A DNA stretch of 64,000 bases from positions 29,232 through 93,231 of the forward strand of contig JBBTPY010000007.1 in assembly GCA_038065955.1 (NCBI GenBank), in the 5' to 3' direction. Under the pieces are notes generated by a model, which saw only the letters and a program-made list of their open reading frames with translations, was not told the origin of the DNA and did not search any database. The position numbers were made by a program, and so were the translations under genes. Source of the stretch: Patescibacteria group bacterium. Its GTDB lineage: Bacteria > Patescibacteriota > Minisyncoccia > UBA6257 > UBA9933. This document shows positions 17,783 to 27,047 of the stretch, in pieces (the stretch's first letter is position 1; each line of letters starts with the position of its first letter).

Positions 17783-18781
17783 TTAAATTTTTTTATTGTA
17801 TTTTTTCCATATTTTCATATCACAAAAAAAATTAATAATTCCGCTCATCCACGCTATCGTCCTTAGTATAATAAAAATAGGCATAAAAATCCCGATAAAT
17901 ATTTTTTTATTCTTAAAGAAAAAACAAATCTCATTAAACTGAAAAAAATAAATTAAAATAGCAACGAGAACAACCACCGGGAAAAAACTAGAATAAAATA
18001 AAAGAGAGATTAAGGACAAAATAAAAACTAACCCCAGTGGCAATTCTAAAAAATAACGCAAACTTGAAACCTGATCTCCAGCCAATCGTTTCGGATGCTT
18101 TTTAATCAACATTACTCTGGCCCATGCGCCATGTATTCGTTGTTTCATAAAGCCCATAAAGCTTTCTGGCCAAAAATGAAGGCAAAATGTTTTTTTGGAA
18201 AGAACTAATTTATAACCGGCTGCTATAATTCTATAACTCACTTCGTTATCTTGACCATATATGAATTCTGGATCAAATAAACCAATTTTATCCAAAACGG
18301 CTTTTCTGTAAATAACATTTGTTGTACTAAGATGATCAACAAAATCTCCTTCTATTTTAAATTGTCTATATTCCACATTATACCCAGATAAAGCCGCCCA
18401 AATATTTTTGGGATTCATTATTTTTGTCAAACCGGAAACAGCTGCAATTTTTTCGTTCTCAAAATATGGCATTAATTTTGAAAGCCAATCTTTATCGAGT
18501 GAGACATCTCCATCGAGCACTGCAATAAAATCAGTATTTGCCATTTTTAATCCCACATTCAAAGATTTAGCCACGCCCTGATTATTTTGGAAAATATATT
18601 TTATATTTTTATGCTTTTTCATAAATCCCTTTACTATTTCGGCCGAATTATCAATACTTCCATCGTCTACAACGATTATTTCTTCAAATTTTCTCGGCTG
18701 AGACAACAAAGATCCCAATGTTTTAGTAATTGTATTTTGTTTGTTATAAAGCGTAATGAGAGCGCTAATAGAGTTATTCAT
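17783..18781 (-). CDS. GT2 glycosyltransferase with C-terminal TMs
   Basis: VVDDGSID, NQG...N.G, LDGD, GQDNE. Start placed at MNNSISAL (18781). Confidence 0.9.
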   Translation of the reverse strand: MNNSISALITLYNKQNTITKTLGSLLSQPRKFEEIIVVDDGSIDNSAEIVKGFMKKHKNIKYIFQNNQGVAKSLNVGLKMANTDFIAVLDGDVSLDKDWLSKLMPYFENEKIAAVSGLTKIMNPKNIWAALSGYNVEYRQFKIEGDFVDHLSTTNVIYRKAVLDKIGLFDPEFIYGQDNEVSYRIIAAGYKLVLSKKTFCLHFWPESFMGFMKQRIHGAWARVMLIKKHPKRLAGDQVSSLRYFLELPLGLVFILSLISLLFYSSFFPVVVLVAILIYFFQFNEICFFFKNKKIFIGIFMPIFIILRTIAWMSGIINFFCDMKIWKKYNKKI

Positions 18782-18791
18782 ATTGTTGCCA

Positions 18792-19685
18792 CTAACGGGA
18801 TTTTTTAATTCTACTCTCGTAAATTTTCGCGTCAACCAAAAACCTGTACCAAAAAGCGTGCAGAAAGTGGAATATCAACCCCTCTTTGCCATCCAAAAAT
18901 CCGAATCGCAAGAAATAACGATAGCAGAAATAAGCGCAAGCGCGGAAAAATAACGGTAGCCGGTAATAAAAATTCTTTTTACTGATTCCGAAATCGCCGG
19001 CCAAAACCGCCGCCGCTTCGCGCGTAGAATAATTATTATGCTTGCTAACCCAGTCCGCTAATCCTTTCTTATTGTCGTCAATAAAATCATTTTTCAATTT
19101 TCCGGATTTTCCCTCTAATAAAACAATATGCTCGTCCATTTCTCTTTGCTCGGAACGCGCCTTACCCTTCCTAAATAATCTTAAAAACCAAAATGGATAA
19201 TAATCGCCGTGTTTTATCCAACGGCCCATAAAATAAACTCTGCGCTTGATAAAATAACCATTTATATTTATTGAAAAAAATTTTTCTCTTTTTTCAATCC
19301 GCTCACGCCCGACTGCCGCCTTCGGCGGCAAATTAACGGGCTGCGCTTCCGTTAAGGTTTCAGAAATAGAAAAATTTTCTTCCAATGCCTTATTAATTTC
19401 GCTTTTAAGTTCTTCGGTCAAATACTCATCCGCGTCCAAACGCAAAATCCATTCGTTTTTTATTTTTAAATTATCCAGCGCCCAATTAAACTGCTGCGCC
19501 TGATTTTCAAATTTATGCTGAAAAATTTTACAGCCGTATTTTTCGGCGATTTCCAAAGTTTTATCAGTTGAAAAAGAATCAACGATAAAAATTTCATCCG
19601 CCCAATCACCGATGTTTTTCAGCAATCGCCCAATATGGATTTCTTCATTAAAAGTTAAAATTATAACGCTAAGAGAAATTTTCAT
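18792..19685 (-). CDS. GT2 glycosyltransferase (beta-1,4-glucosyltransferase-like) carrying an in-frame insertion
   Basis: ILTFNEE, VDSFSTDKT, RLDADE, KHNNYS, GFLDGKEG. Confidence 0.92.
   Translation of the reverse strand: MKISLSVIILTFNEEIHIGRLLKNIGDWADEIFIVDSFSTDKTLEIAEKYGCKIFQHKFENQAQQFNWALDNLKIKNEWILRLDADEYLTEELKSEINKALEENFSISETLTEAQPVNLPPKAAVGRERIEKREKFFSININGYFIKRRVYFMGRWIKHGDYYPFWFLRLFRKGKARSEQREMDEHIVLLEGKSGKLKNDFIDDNKKGLADWVSKHNNYSTREAAAVLAGDFGISKKNFYYRLPLFFRACAYFCYRYFLRFGFLDGKEGLIFHFLHAFWYRFLVDAKIYESRIKKSR
19270..19386. repeat. MITE-like in-frame insertion with imperfect terminal inverted repeats and two internal hairpins
   Basis: AAAATTTTTCT (19277-19287) / AGAAAAATTTT (19368-19378); TGCCGCC-TTC-GGCGGCA; TTAACGG-N9-CCGTTAA. 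Confidence 0.6.
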
Positions 19686-19696
19686 GATTCATTAAG

Positions 19697-20167
19697 CTAA
19701 AAATCAAATAATTCTAATTGTTTGTTTTTATGTTTTAGATATTTTTTAACGACCAGCCAATATTCTTTCGCCAAATTTAAAATTCCAGCAGCTTCATTTT
19801 TTGAAATAAAATCAATCGGCTGATAAACGGCATTATTCCTTTTAATTCTACAGCGGTCAATTTTCCCAATCAATTCGGAAAAATTACCGCCGAGTAAGGC
19901 GCCGGAAACTAAAAACGTCGTTTTATGCTGTTCGCCGTCATCGGGACGAAAACCATTCAAAAATAAAATAACGCGCGATATCTGCAACACTCCGTCATAA
20001 GCGGATTTAAAAGCGGTCTCCGAAAACTCATTTTTTAAATTAAATTCCGCCGCTAAAAAATTCTGGCGCGCCGCCGCCAATAATCCGTTTAAAAAATCAA
20101 CATCCGTATTTTGCTTTCTAATTTTCCCTTCCTTTAATAATTTATCTAATAAAATTTTCAAATTCAT
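19697..20167 (-). CDS. HEPN-domain protein (toxin of an MNT-HEPN pair)
   Basis: A...AY...SR..L..NGFRP..GEQH and an RNNAVY HEPN-like motif; overlaps the MNT gene. Confidence 0.8.
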   Translation of the reverse strand: MNLKILLDKLLKEGKIRKQNTDVDFLNGLLAAARQNFLAAEFNLKNEFSETAFKSAYDGVLQISRVILFLNGFRPDDGEQHKTTFLVSGALLGGNFSELIGKIDRCRIKRNNAVYQPIDFISKNEAAGILNLAKEYWLVVKKYLKHKNKQLELFDF

Positions 20168-20726
20168 TTTTATCGCCAATCACCAAAACATATTTAGATA
20201 AAATTTCTTTATGAAAAAACGATTGTTTTGATTTTTTTTGAAATTCTTCCCGCGTTGATAAATGATAATTGATTTCCCTGTGAATTTGTTCTTCCGCTTT
20301 TCTTATTTTTTTATACAAATCGCTTTCTTTAATTTCCCCGATAACATACAAATCAATGTCGGAATTTGATTTAAAATTTTCTTTCGCGTAAGAACCGAAT
20401 AAAAAAACGAAATCAATATCTTTTGCCCCGCGCAGTTCTTTTTCCAAAATCCGCCTCAAACCGATTGTTTTGCCAATAATGTTTTTAATGTCCGACAAAA
20501 GAGGATTCGCGGCGTTTATTTTAAAATAAGCCAGATTAGCTTTTTTTTCTTTCAATAAAAAATCGCTTTTTGCCAGTCGTTCCAATTCTCGCTGCGCCGT
20601 GCCGGCCGAAGTTTTAATCAATTTGGCCGTTTCATTTATATAATAAGATTTTTCAGGATTATAAACGAATAATAAAATAATTTCCCGCCTTATTTTTGAT
20701 TTGGTTATTAAATTTAATATACTCAT
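20142..20726 (-). CDS. wHTH-fused minimal nucleotidyltransferase (MNT antitoxin)
   Basis: N-terminal wHTH (SAGTAQRELERL); FLFGSYAK...SDIDL MNT motif. Confidence 0.88.
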   Translation of the reverse strand: MSILNLITKSKIRREIILLFVYNPEKSYYINETAKLIKTSAGTAQRELERLAKSDFLLKEKKANLAYFKINAANPLLSDIKNIIGKTIGLRRILEKELRGAKDIDFVFLFGSYAKENFKSNSDIDLYVIGEIKESDLYKKIRKAEEQIHREINYHLSTREEFQKKSKQSFFHKEILSKYVLVIGDKNEFENFIR

Positions 20727-20757
20727 AATTGAGTATAATTATACTCAATTATGAGTA
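20720..20757. promoter_or_regulatory. Perfect 38-bp palindromic operator over the MNT start codon and -10 box
   Basis: TACTCATAATTGAGTATAA|TTATACTCAATTATGAGTA; each half is TACTCA-N4-TGAGTA; contains TATAAT. Confidence 0.8.
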
Positions 20758-20768
20758 AGAATCAACAA

Positions 20769-20840
20769 TTAAAATCTTAACCGCTCAATGTGAATTTCTT
20801 CGTTGTAGGTAAGAATTATGATACTAAGAGGAATTTTCAT
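20769..20840 (-). pseudogene. Truncated 5' remnant of a GT2 gene (23 codons)
   Basis: MKIPLSIIILTYNEEIHIERLRF* versus MKISLSVIILTFNEEIHIGRLLK at the start of the 18792..19685 GT2. Confidence 0.8.
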
Positions 20841-20890
20841 TTTAATACCTAATTTTTCAATTTAAAGCGGTCCGCTTTTGCCTCCATAAT

Positions 20891-23668
20891 TTATCTCAAC
20901 GAAATAATAGCCGTGTAAAACTTGCCGTCGTTGAGAACGACTCTGAACTGCCAACTTCCGACAGATAAATTATCAGTGGCCAAATTATAAACATATTGAT
21001 TATTTTCCGAATCGTATCGGAACGTATTTCCCGCATCCGCCGCTGATGTTGAAAAAGCTATTTCATCCGTACCAACAACGCCATCAGAAATTTTAGCCAA
21101 ATAAAGATAAGCTGTAGCCGTTGATATATAATTGTTATTGATATCGGTTAATTGAAACTTAATCGGCAAAGTTATCCTTAATTTATAAATACCGGAACCA
21201 TCGGCTTTAATCGGAGACAAAAAACCGCCAAATCTGTAAGCGGTATTAAAATAAATAATTTTGGTTGAAATATTCCCATCATAATCTACGGCGGTAATTT
21301 TAAGAACATTTAAGCCGAGTTTGGTTAAAACAACAATTTGCCCGTTATTCACTACAACATCATTTAATAACGCTTCCACGCCGGCTATGCCGGAAATTTT
21401 ATCCGTCGCGCTAAATTGAATTTGTAATTGAGAATTAAGCAAATATTCACCCGCGATCGGCGATACGTTTATCTGCGGTGGCTCAATATCGTGCAATTCC
21501 GCATCGGAATCAATTGTTTGGTCTATTACGCCGTCTCCTTCGTAATCTATGTTTAATTTTACGCCCCTTTCGCCCCTGTTAAGCGCGTCCCAATCAATCC
21601 GGTATTGATGAATTTCTCCTTCCGTAATGGATAAATTAATGGCGCTGAATCCGGAAAAAATTCCGTGTTGCGCATTAACAATATCCAAACCGTATTTCCC
21701 GCTGGCGGTTCCAATAATGCTATAAACATAAGAATCGTTTTGGAAAAATATCGCCGCTCCTTTCACATTTGCGTCATAAACGGAAAAAGGAATTTCTTCT
21801 TTTACGAGATTATCAAAAACGCCTGTTTTTCGTCCTTGAGAATCAGTGATTTGCAATTCTCCCGGGCTGTTTAATTTCACAAGGATTTTATTATTATTCA
21901 CCGTTTTCAACTTACGGCTTAATGTTTCTATGGCGATTTTATTGGCGTCATTGATAATTCCGGCAAAATAATTATTTAAATAACTTAATCTAATAGCCAC
22001 ACCACCTAAATAATCGCCGTATAAACCTTTTTCATTTTTAACAATGCCGTTATAACCCCACACTATAAGCGATATTTTAATGTCAGCACAAGTTAAATTA
22101 ACACCGTCTATTGTTAACGGACAAGAAGTAATAATTCGCGGATTAGCCATTAATCTTAATGCTTGGTCGTATTTATTTTGTAAAACTCTGAATCCGTCTT
22201 TTATGTTCGCGTATATTCCCTGCAAAGCGTTAGAATAATATTTACTGAATCTGCCAACCCATTCTTCTCCTTTACAATCATCGCGTTTAGAATTTATATC
22301 TAATCCGCTTCCCAATCCTTTGGAATTCGGCGACGTGATTTGCATAATTCCAATTCCGCCGTCAAAAGCGCCGGCGCAAATTTCATTATTAAATTCAGGC
22401 CCGGATTCTTCGGCTCCAACGGCTAAAATAAGCTCTTTTGGAAATTCCGAATCTATGATAAATTTTTGAAAATTATTCTTATTATCCCTGCCTCCGCCTC
22501 CATCATAAAGAGAATTTTCAGAATTATTTTTTGCGTAATAATTATTTACCGCGTCCAAAATAACTGGTTTTCTTTTATCAGCCGTATCTAATTGCGTTTC
22601 CGCTTTATTTTGTAAATCGCTTTGATTATTCGGATTGTAATCTAAATATATTGTTCCGTTTGTTAAATTTTTTGCCGCCATCCAACCAATAACTCCGTCA
22701 ATTTTGTCTTCAACTTGATACCAACGATAACCGTCTATATCTATATTATTGCCGTTATCGTCAATGATTTTTATAACTTTGAGCGCCCAACTATTGGGAA
22801 GAGTTTTTAATAAAACACCGGAAATACCGGCGCTTTGACGAAAATTCAATCTGGCAGATTGAATTTCAGACCAAAATTGCGTTGGCTGATTTGCCAAAGC
22901 ATAATTTAAAGCTATTTCTTCGGCCGAACGAGCGATATTAGAAATACGAATCTCGTCAATTAACCCCTGCATTCTTCCTTGTGAACTTGAATAACCTCCA
23001 CCCCAAGTATGACGATTAATATATAATGAATCTATTGTGGTTGTAATAAAATTAGGAGAATAAGAACTTATTGCTTCCAATACTCCATTAACATAAAGTT
23101 TTGCGTAACTATCATCATAAATAAAAACTACATAATACCATTGGTTTGGATTAAATAAACGAGTACTGACACTTATGCCCTGAAAATTTCCATTAAAATA
23201 AATTTCTCGAAAACTATTAGCGCTTGCGCACCAACTATCGGAATTACGCCATAATTTTAAACTATAAGCATTAATTTCATCGCCTTTACCTTTTTGAATA
23301 ATAGATTCATTATTATCCCAACAACCTAAATCAAAACCGCTCGGATAAACCCATGCTTCAAGAGTTAATTGAGAAAAATTTCTTAAAGAAGGGTTGTCTG
23401 GCACAGTAATATAATCTGTTTGGCCGTTAAAATATCTCGCTTTACCGAATTTACCGTCTATGATTGTTGCGCCAATGGCGGTTCCGTTATTTATTCCGGT
23501 TTCATCGGTTGCCGTATTGCCGGAAATATCGTTAAATCTCCAAAGAGCCGCTGTGTTGGCGTCAATGATAAATAAACTTTCAGGACCTGCAGCCCAAGCT
23601 TTGCTAAAATTAAAATAAATAAAACTCAATAATAAAATAATAAAAACTGGCGTGATTTTTTTAAACAT
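20891..23668 (-). CDS. Secreted protein: LamG domain, SH3-like domain, lytic transglycosylase-like domain, C-terminal PxKF-type domain
   Basis: Signal peptide; LamG (GKFGKARYFNG, LYVNG, GLIDEIRISN); RWYQV...GWMA SH3-like; AEES...GIGIMQIT...NI..G...YNG SLT-like; FGGFLSPI...PIKFQL. Confidence 0.78.
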   Translation of the reverse strand: MFKKITPVFIILLLSFIYFNFSKAWAAGPESLFIIDANTAALWRFNDISGNTATDETGINNGTAIGATIIDGKFGKARYFNGQTDYITVPDNPSLRNFSQLTLEAWVYPSGFDLGCWDNNESIIQKGKGDEINAYSLKLWRNSDSWCASANSFREIYFNGNFQGISVSTRLFNPNQWYYVVFIYDDSYAKLYVNGVLEAISSYSPNFITTTIDSLYINRHTWGGGYSSSQGRMQGLIDEIRISNIARSAEEIALNYALANQPTQFWSEIQSARLNFRQSAGISGVLLKTLPNSWALKVIKIIDDNGNNIDIDGYRWYQVEDKIDGVIGWMAAKNLTNGTIYLDYNPNNQSDLQNKAETQLDTADKRKPVILDAVNNYYAKNNSENSLYDGGGGRDNKNNFQKFIIDSEFPKELILAVGAEESGPEFNNEICAGAFDGGIGIMQITSPNSKGLGSGLDINSKRDDCKGEEWVGRFSKYYSNALQGIYANIKDGFRVLQNKYDQALRLMANPRIITSCPLTIDGVNLTCADIKISLIVWGYNGIVKNEKGLYGDYLGGVAIRLSYLNNYFAGIINDANKIAIETLSRKLKTVNNNKILVKLNSPGELQITDSQGRKTGVFDNLVKEEIPFSVYDANVKGAAIFFQNDSYVYSIIGTASGKYGLDIVNAQHGIFSGFSAINLSITEGEIHQYRIDWDALNRGERGVKLNIDYEGDGVIDQTIDSDAELHDIEPPQINVSPIAGEYLLNSQLQIQFSATDKISGIAGVEALLNDVVVNNGQIVVLTKLGLNVLKITAVDYDGNISTKIIYFNTAYRFGGFLSPIKADGSGIYKLRITLPIKFQLTDINNNYISTATAYLYLAKISDGVVGTDEIAFSTSAADAGNTFRYDSENNQYVYNLATDNLSVGSWQFRVVLNDGKFYTAIISLR

Positions 23669-23707
23669 ATTTTTTATATTTTTATTTATATTCCGACTTT
23701 TTATAAT

Positions 23708-24322
23708 TTAATTTTCGGCTAAAACAAAAATTGAATGATTAATCGGCCAAAATCTGCCGTAATAACCGTAATTTAAAATGTTAAAATTATTTCTATTCAA
23801 TAAATCAAACAATGTTTTCTTTGTAAAAAATCTTATATGCGCCCCTACTGGATTAAAATGTTTATTAAAAGCAAAAAGCGTGATTAATAAATTTTTAATA
23901 AACCCGTGATAAGGCGTTGTAAGTAATATTTTCCCGCCCGGCCGCAAAATGCGCGCCACTTCTTTAAGGGCGTTTTCCACATCATAAATATGTTCAATAA
24001 CTTCTGAAGAAAAAATAAAGTCAACACAACCGTTATTTAATGGGAATTTCTCGCCGTCATTAATTTTATAAAATTCAATACTCGGTAAATCTTTTTTTGC
24101 CCGCTGCAAAGCTGTTTCAGAAACATCTAACCCTATTAATTTTGCCTTAGAATTTATTTTTCGTATTTCTTCTAAAATTTTTCCGTTTCCGCATCCAAAA
24201 TCAATAATTACAATATCGCTGTCTAATGGAATAAATTTCTTCAATTTCGGCCATTTAAGTTCAAAATCGCTTAAATAACTATTTTGCCCATCCCAATAAT
24301 TTTCATAGAATTTATTACTCAT
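23708..24322 (-). CDS. Class I SAM-dependent methyltransferase
   Basis: IDFGCGNG, SEVIEH, RILRPGG, LTTP. Confidence 0.92.
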   Translation of the reverse strand: MSNKFYENYWDGQNSYLSDFELKWPKLKKFIPLDSDIVIIDFGCGNGKILEEIRKINSKAKLIGLDVSETALQRAKKDLPSIEFYKINDGEKFPLNNGCVDFIFSSEVIEHIYDVENALKEVARILRPGGKILLTTPYHGFIKNLLITLFAFNKHFNPVGAHIRFFTKKTLFDLLNRNNFNILNYGYYGRFWPINHSIFVLAEN

Positions 24323-24330
24323 ATAAATAA

Positions 24331-25593
24331 TTATAATTCAATACTTTTATAAAACAAATTATTATATTCTTTTATCCATTTCTCCGCCACTCCATCGCAG
24401 GAAAATTCTTTTTCAACCAATTTACGGCCGTTTTCGCCCATTTTTTTCGCCAAATCCGGATTATTTAAAATTTTCAAAATCGCTTCGGTTAATTGTTTTT
24501 CGTTTTTTTCAATCACGATACCGGCTCCGACCTTATTAATACTTGGCGAAATTCCAACGCCTTTTGTAATCACGACCGGCAAACCGAAATACATCGCTTC
24601 AACAACCGCCATCCCAAAATTTTCCGAATAAGACGGCAAAACAAAAACATCGCTTTCGCGATAAGCCGCGATTTTATCGTTTCCTAAAAGCATTCCGGTA
24701 AAAATGACATTGGCATCTTTAATATTTTGAACGTCCGACGTCCTCAATATCAATGGTCTCAATTTATGGACGTCGGACGTCCTTATATTAATTCCATTGA
24801 TAAATTTTAAAACTTCTCCCTGATAGTCATTGTCCGGCCCAGCCAAAACCAAAACCGCGTTCGGCTCTTTTTTAACAACTTCCGCGAAAGCCGGAATTAA
24901 AGTGTCCAAACCCTTAATCCAATGCAGGCGCCCAAAAAAAAGAATTATTTTTTTACCAGCGTTAATGCCAAATTTATCTCTAAAAATTAATTTCGTTTCG
25001 TATTGATTTTGTATTTCGTAGCCACTTATATCAATACTATTCGGAATAACAACCGTTTTTTTAAACGGCAATCCGGCTTTTAAATATTCTTCTTTTTCCG
25101 CTTCAACCGTAAAATGAATCGCTGCCGCGTTTTTAAAATCTCTCTTTGATATCAGCCAAAAATAAAGCCTTTTTTTAAAAGAACTTTTTTTCGCGAGCGG
25201 CTCCTTCATTAAAGAACCCCGCGGAGAAATAATATATGGCTTTTTATAAAATCTCGCCCAGAAAGCCGCGGCGATAACCGGAAAATTCCAAACTCCGGTG
25301 ATATGAATTAAATCGAAATTCTTAATATTTTTTCTTATCGCCCAGCACAAAACCGGCGAAAAAGTCCAATGAATATAGCCGTAATAAGGGAAATAAAACA
25401 CTTTAACGCCGTCTATGCCGGTTTCTCTGCCTAAAACAATGTTTTCTTTATTTTTTAATCCGGCGTTAGTAGTGTAAACGGTTACCTCAACGCCTTTTTT
25501 TGATAACCATTTATTCAATTGATGGACGCTTTCTATGGGACCGCCCATCTCAAATGCCGGCCAGTATGAAGAAGATATATGAAGAATTTTCAT
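24331..25593 (-). CDS. GT4 glycosyltransferase
   Basis: GRLHWIKG, FVLPSYSENFGMAVVEAM. Confidence 0.94.
   Translation of the reverse strand: MKILHISSSYWPAFEMGGPIESVHQLNKWLSKKGVEVTVYTTNAGLKNKENIVLGRETGIDGVKVFYFPYYGYIHWTFSPVLCWAIRKNIKNFDLIHITGVWNFPVIAAAFWARFYKKPYIISPRGSLMKEPLAKKSSFKKRLYFWLISKRDFKNAAAIHFTVEAEKEEYLKAGLPFKKTVVIPNSIDISGYEIQNQYETKLIFRDKFGINAGKKIILFFGRLHWIKGLDTLIPAFAEVVKKEPNAVLVLAGPDNDYQGEVLKFINGINIRTSDVHKLRPLILRTSDVQNIKDANVIFTGMLLGNDKIAAYRESDVFVLPSYSENFGMAVVEAMYFGLPVVITKGVGISPSINKVGAGIVIEKNEKQLTEAILKILNNPDLAKKMGENGRKLVEKEFSCDGVAEKWIKEYNNLFYKSIEL
24729..24782. repeat. Paired quasi-palindromic GGACGTC(C/G)GACGTCC elements inserted in frame (RTSDV x2)
   Basis: GAACGTCCGACGTCC (24729-24743) and GGACGTCGGACGTCC (24768-24782). 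Confidence 0.75.
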
Positions 25594-27047
25594 TTATTTT
25601 TAAATGTTATAAAAATTTCTTTTAATATTTTTTCTTTTAATAGATAAAGAATAATAAAATAAAATATCCCGGAAACCGCAATATTTATTAAAATATGAAT
25701 CCCCGCTTCTTTAATAACGTAGACAAAAACTCCCATTATCGAAGCGGCAATCGCTGGTTTTATTAACCCGGAAAAAATTTTAAAATCGTAAATCTTTTTC
25801 CATTCCTGCCAAAGCAAAATAATATAAATAAAAAATGAAATCAGAGTTGCCAGCGCGGCTCCTTCTATTCCATATTTCGGAATAAATAAAAAATTTAAAA
25901 TTATATTACTCGATGAAGAAATAAGAGCGTATTTTATCATTTTTGAATGCTTGTCTAACGCAAATAATAAATTAGATATGATTGCCAAAGGATGAACCGC
26001 TAAAATAGAAAAAAGAAGAATTATAAAAGTATTGGCAGCCGGCACATAACTTTGGCCGAATAAAAATTCCATAATGGAATCGCTAAGTAAAAATCCTCCG
26101 ATTATTAACGGAATAACGGCAATAAAAATTATTTTTAAAGCATTTTCAAAAAGATTCCCCATCTTTTGGCTATCGGAATGCGCCAGTCGCGACAAACTCG
26201 GAAAAGTAGCTGTCGCGACAAACCCGGGGAATATCGCCAACATACCGACAATTTTTTGCGCCGCTGAATAAAGGCCTATTTCTCCCGTTGTCCGCCACCA
26301 GCCGAGCATAACAATATCAATATTAAATAAAAAAGCGCTAGCAAGGCCGCCAACGGCAAAAGGCCAGGCGGATTTTAATATTGGCGCCACTAAATTTTTA
26401 GAAAAATCTTTGAATATGCCCCTCATGAAAGATTTTAATAAAAAAATAGCGGCAATAACCCCAACAAGAGAAGCTATTGCGTTTGATATTGTAAAAGATT
26501 TCGGACTTGCCCAAAAATATAACGCGATAAAACCAAAAAACACTAAGGCAATATTGCCAGCCACAACAACAATCGCCTCTAATTCCATTTTTTCTTTTCC
26601 TCTGAAAAAAGCCACGAAAAGATCTTTTAAATCGTCAAAAATAAGAATCAAAGCCACAAAAGGAAGCAAGGCGATCGCCGCTTTAATTCCGCTGAATAAC
26701 GGCGCGATAAAAATAATTAGAAACGCGGTAATAACCAATAAAACAATTTCTATCCAAAAAGCCGTTGATAAATAATAATGCTGTTCTTCTGGTTTTTTCG
26801 CCACTTCGCGAGTTAAGATGGAATCAACTCCGATATTTTTAAAAAAAACAAAAAAACCGGCCAAACCAAGGGCGTAAGAAAAAACACCGTATCCTTCAAC
26901 GCCAAGTTTTCTTGCGGCATAGATAATAATTATCGCCTTTAATAAGCGACTGCCACTATTACCAACCAATAACCAAAGAAAATTCTTTAAAATCTTAGCT
27001 TTTAAAGTTGTATCAATTAAAAAGATATTTTTAATTCTCTTTATCAT
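25590..27047 (-). CDS. wzx: Wzx-type flippase (paralog 2)
   Basis: Colinear with paralog 1 (IIIYAAR.LG..YGVFSY, FRG.EKME.EA, NIDIVMLGWWRT..EIG.YSA.Q). Confidence 0.92.
   Translation of the reverse strand: MIKRIKNIFLIDTTLKAKILKNFLWLLVGNSGSRLLKAIIIIYAARKLGVEGYGVFSYALGLAGFFVFFKNIGVDSILTREVAKKPEEQHYYLSTAFWIEIVLLVITAFLIIFIAPLFSGIKAAIALLPFVALILIFDDLKDLFVAFFRGKEKMELEAIVVVAGNIALVFFGFIALYFWASPKSFTISNAIASLVGVIAAIFLLKSFMRGIFKDFSKNLVAPILKSAWPFAVGGLASAFLFNIDIVMLGWWRTTGEIGLYSAAQKIVGMLAIFPGFVATATFPSLSRLAHSDSQKMGNLFENALKIIFIAVIPLIIGGFLLSDSIMEFLFGQSYVPAANTFIILLFSILAVHPLAIISNLLFALDKHSKMIKYALISSSSNIILNFLFIPKYGIEGAALATLISFFIYIILLWQEWKKIYDFKIFSGLIKPAIAASIMGVFVYVIKEAGIHILINIAVSGIFYFIILYLLKEKILKEIFITFKNK

Noticed and set aside
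20769-20840. Diversity-generating retroelement template/variable repeat pair with the GT2 start
   Set aside because: Differences are not adenine-specific, and no reverse transcriptase is in the window.
20864-20878. AAAGCGG-T-CCGCTTT palindrome, with a similar TAAAAGCG-N4-CGCTTTTA at 60571-60590, as a shared operator
   Set aside because: Only two short instances with different spacing; they could be weak hairpins or chance.
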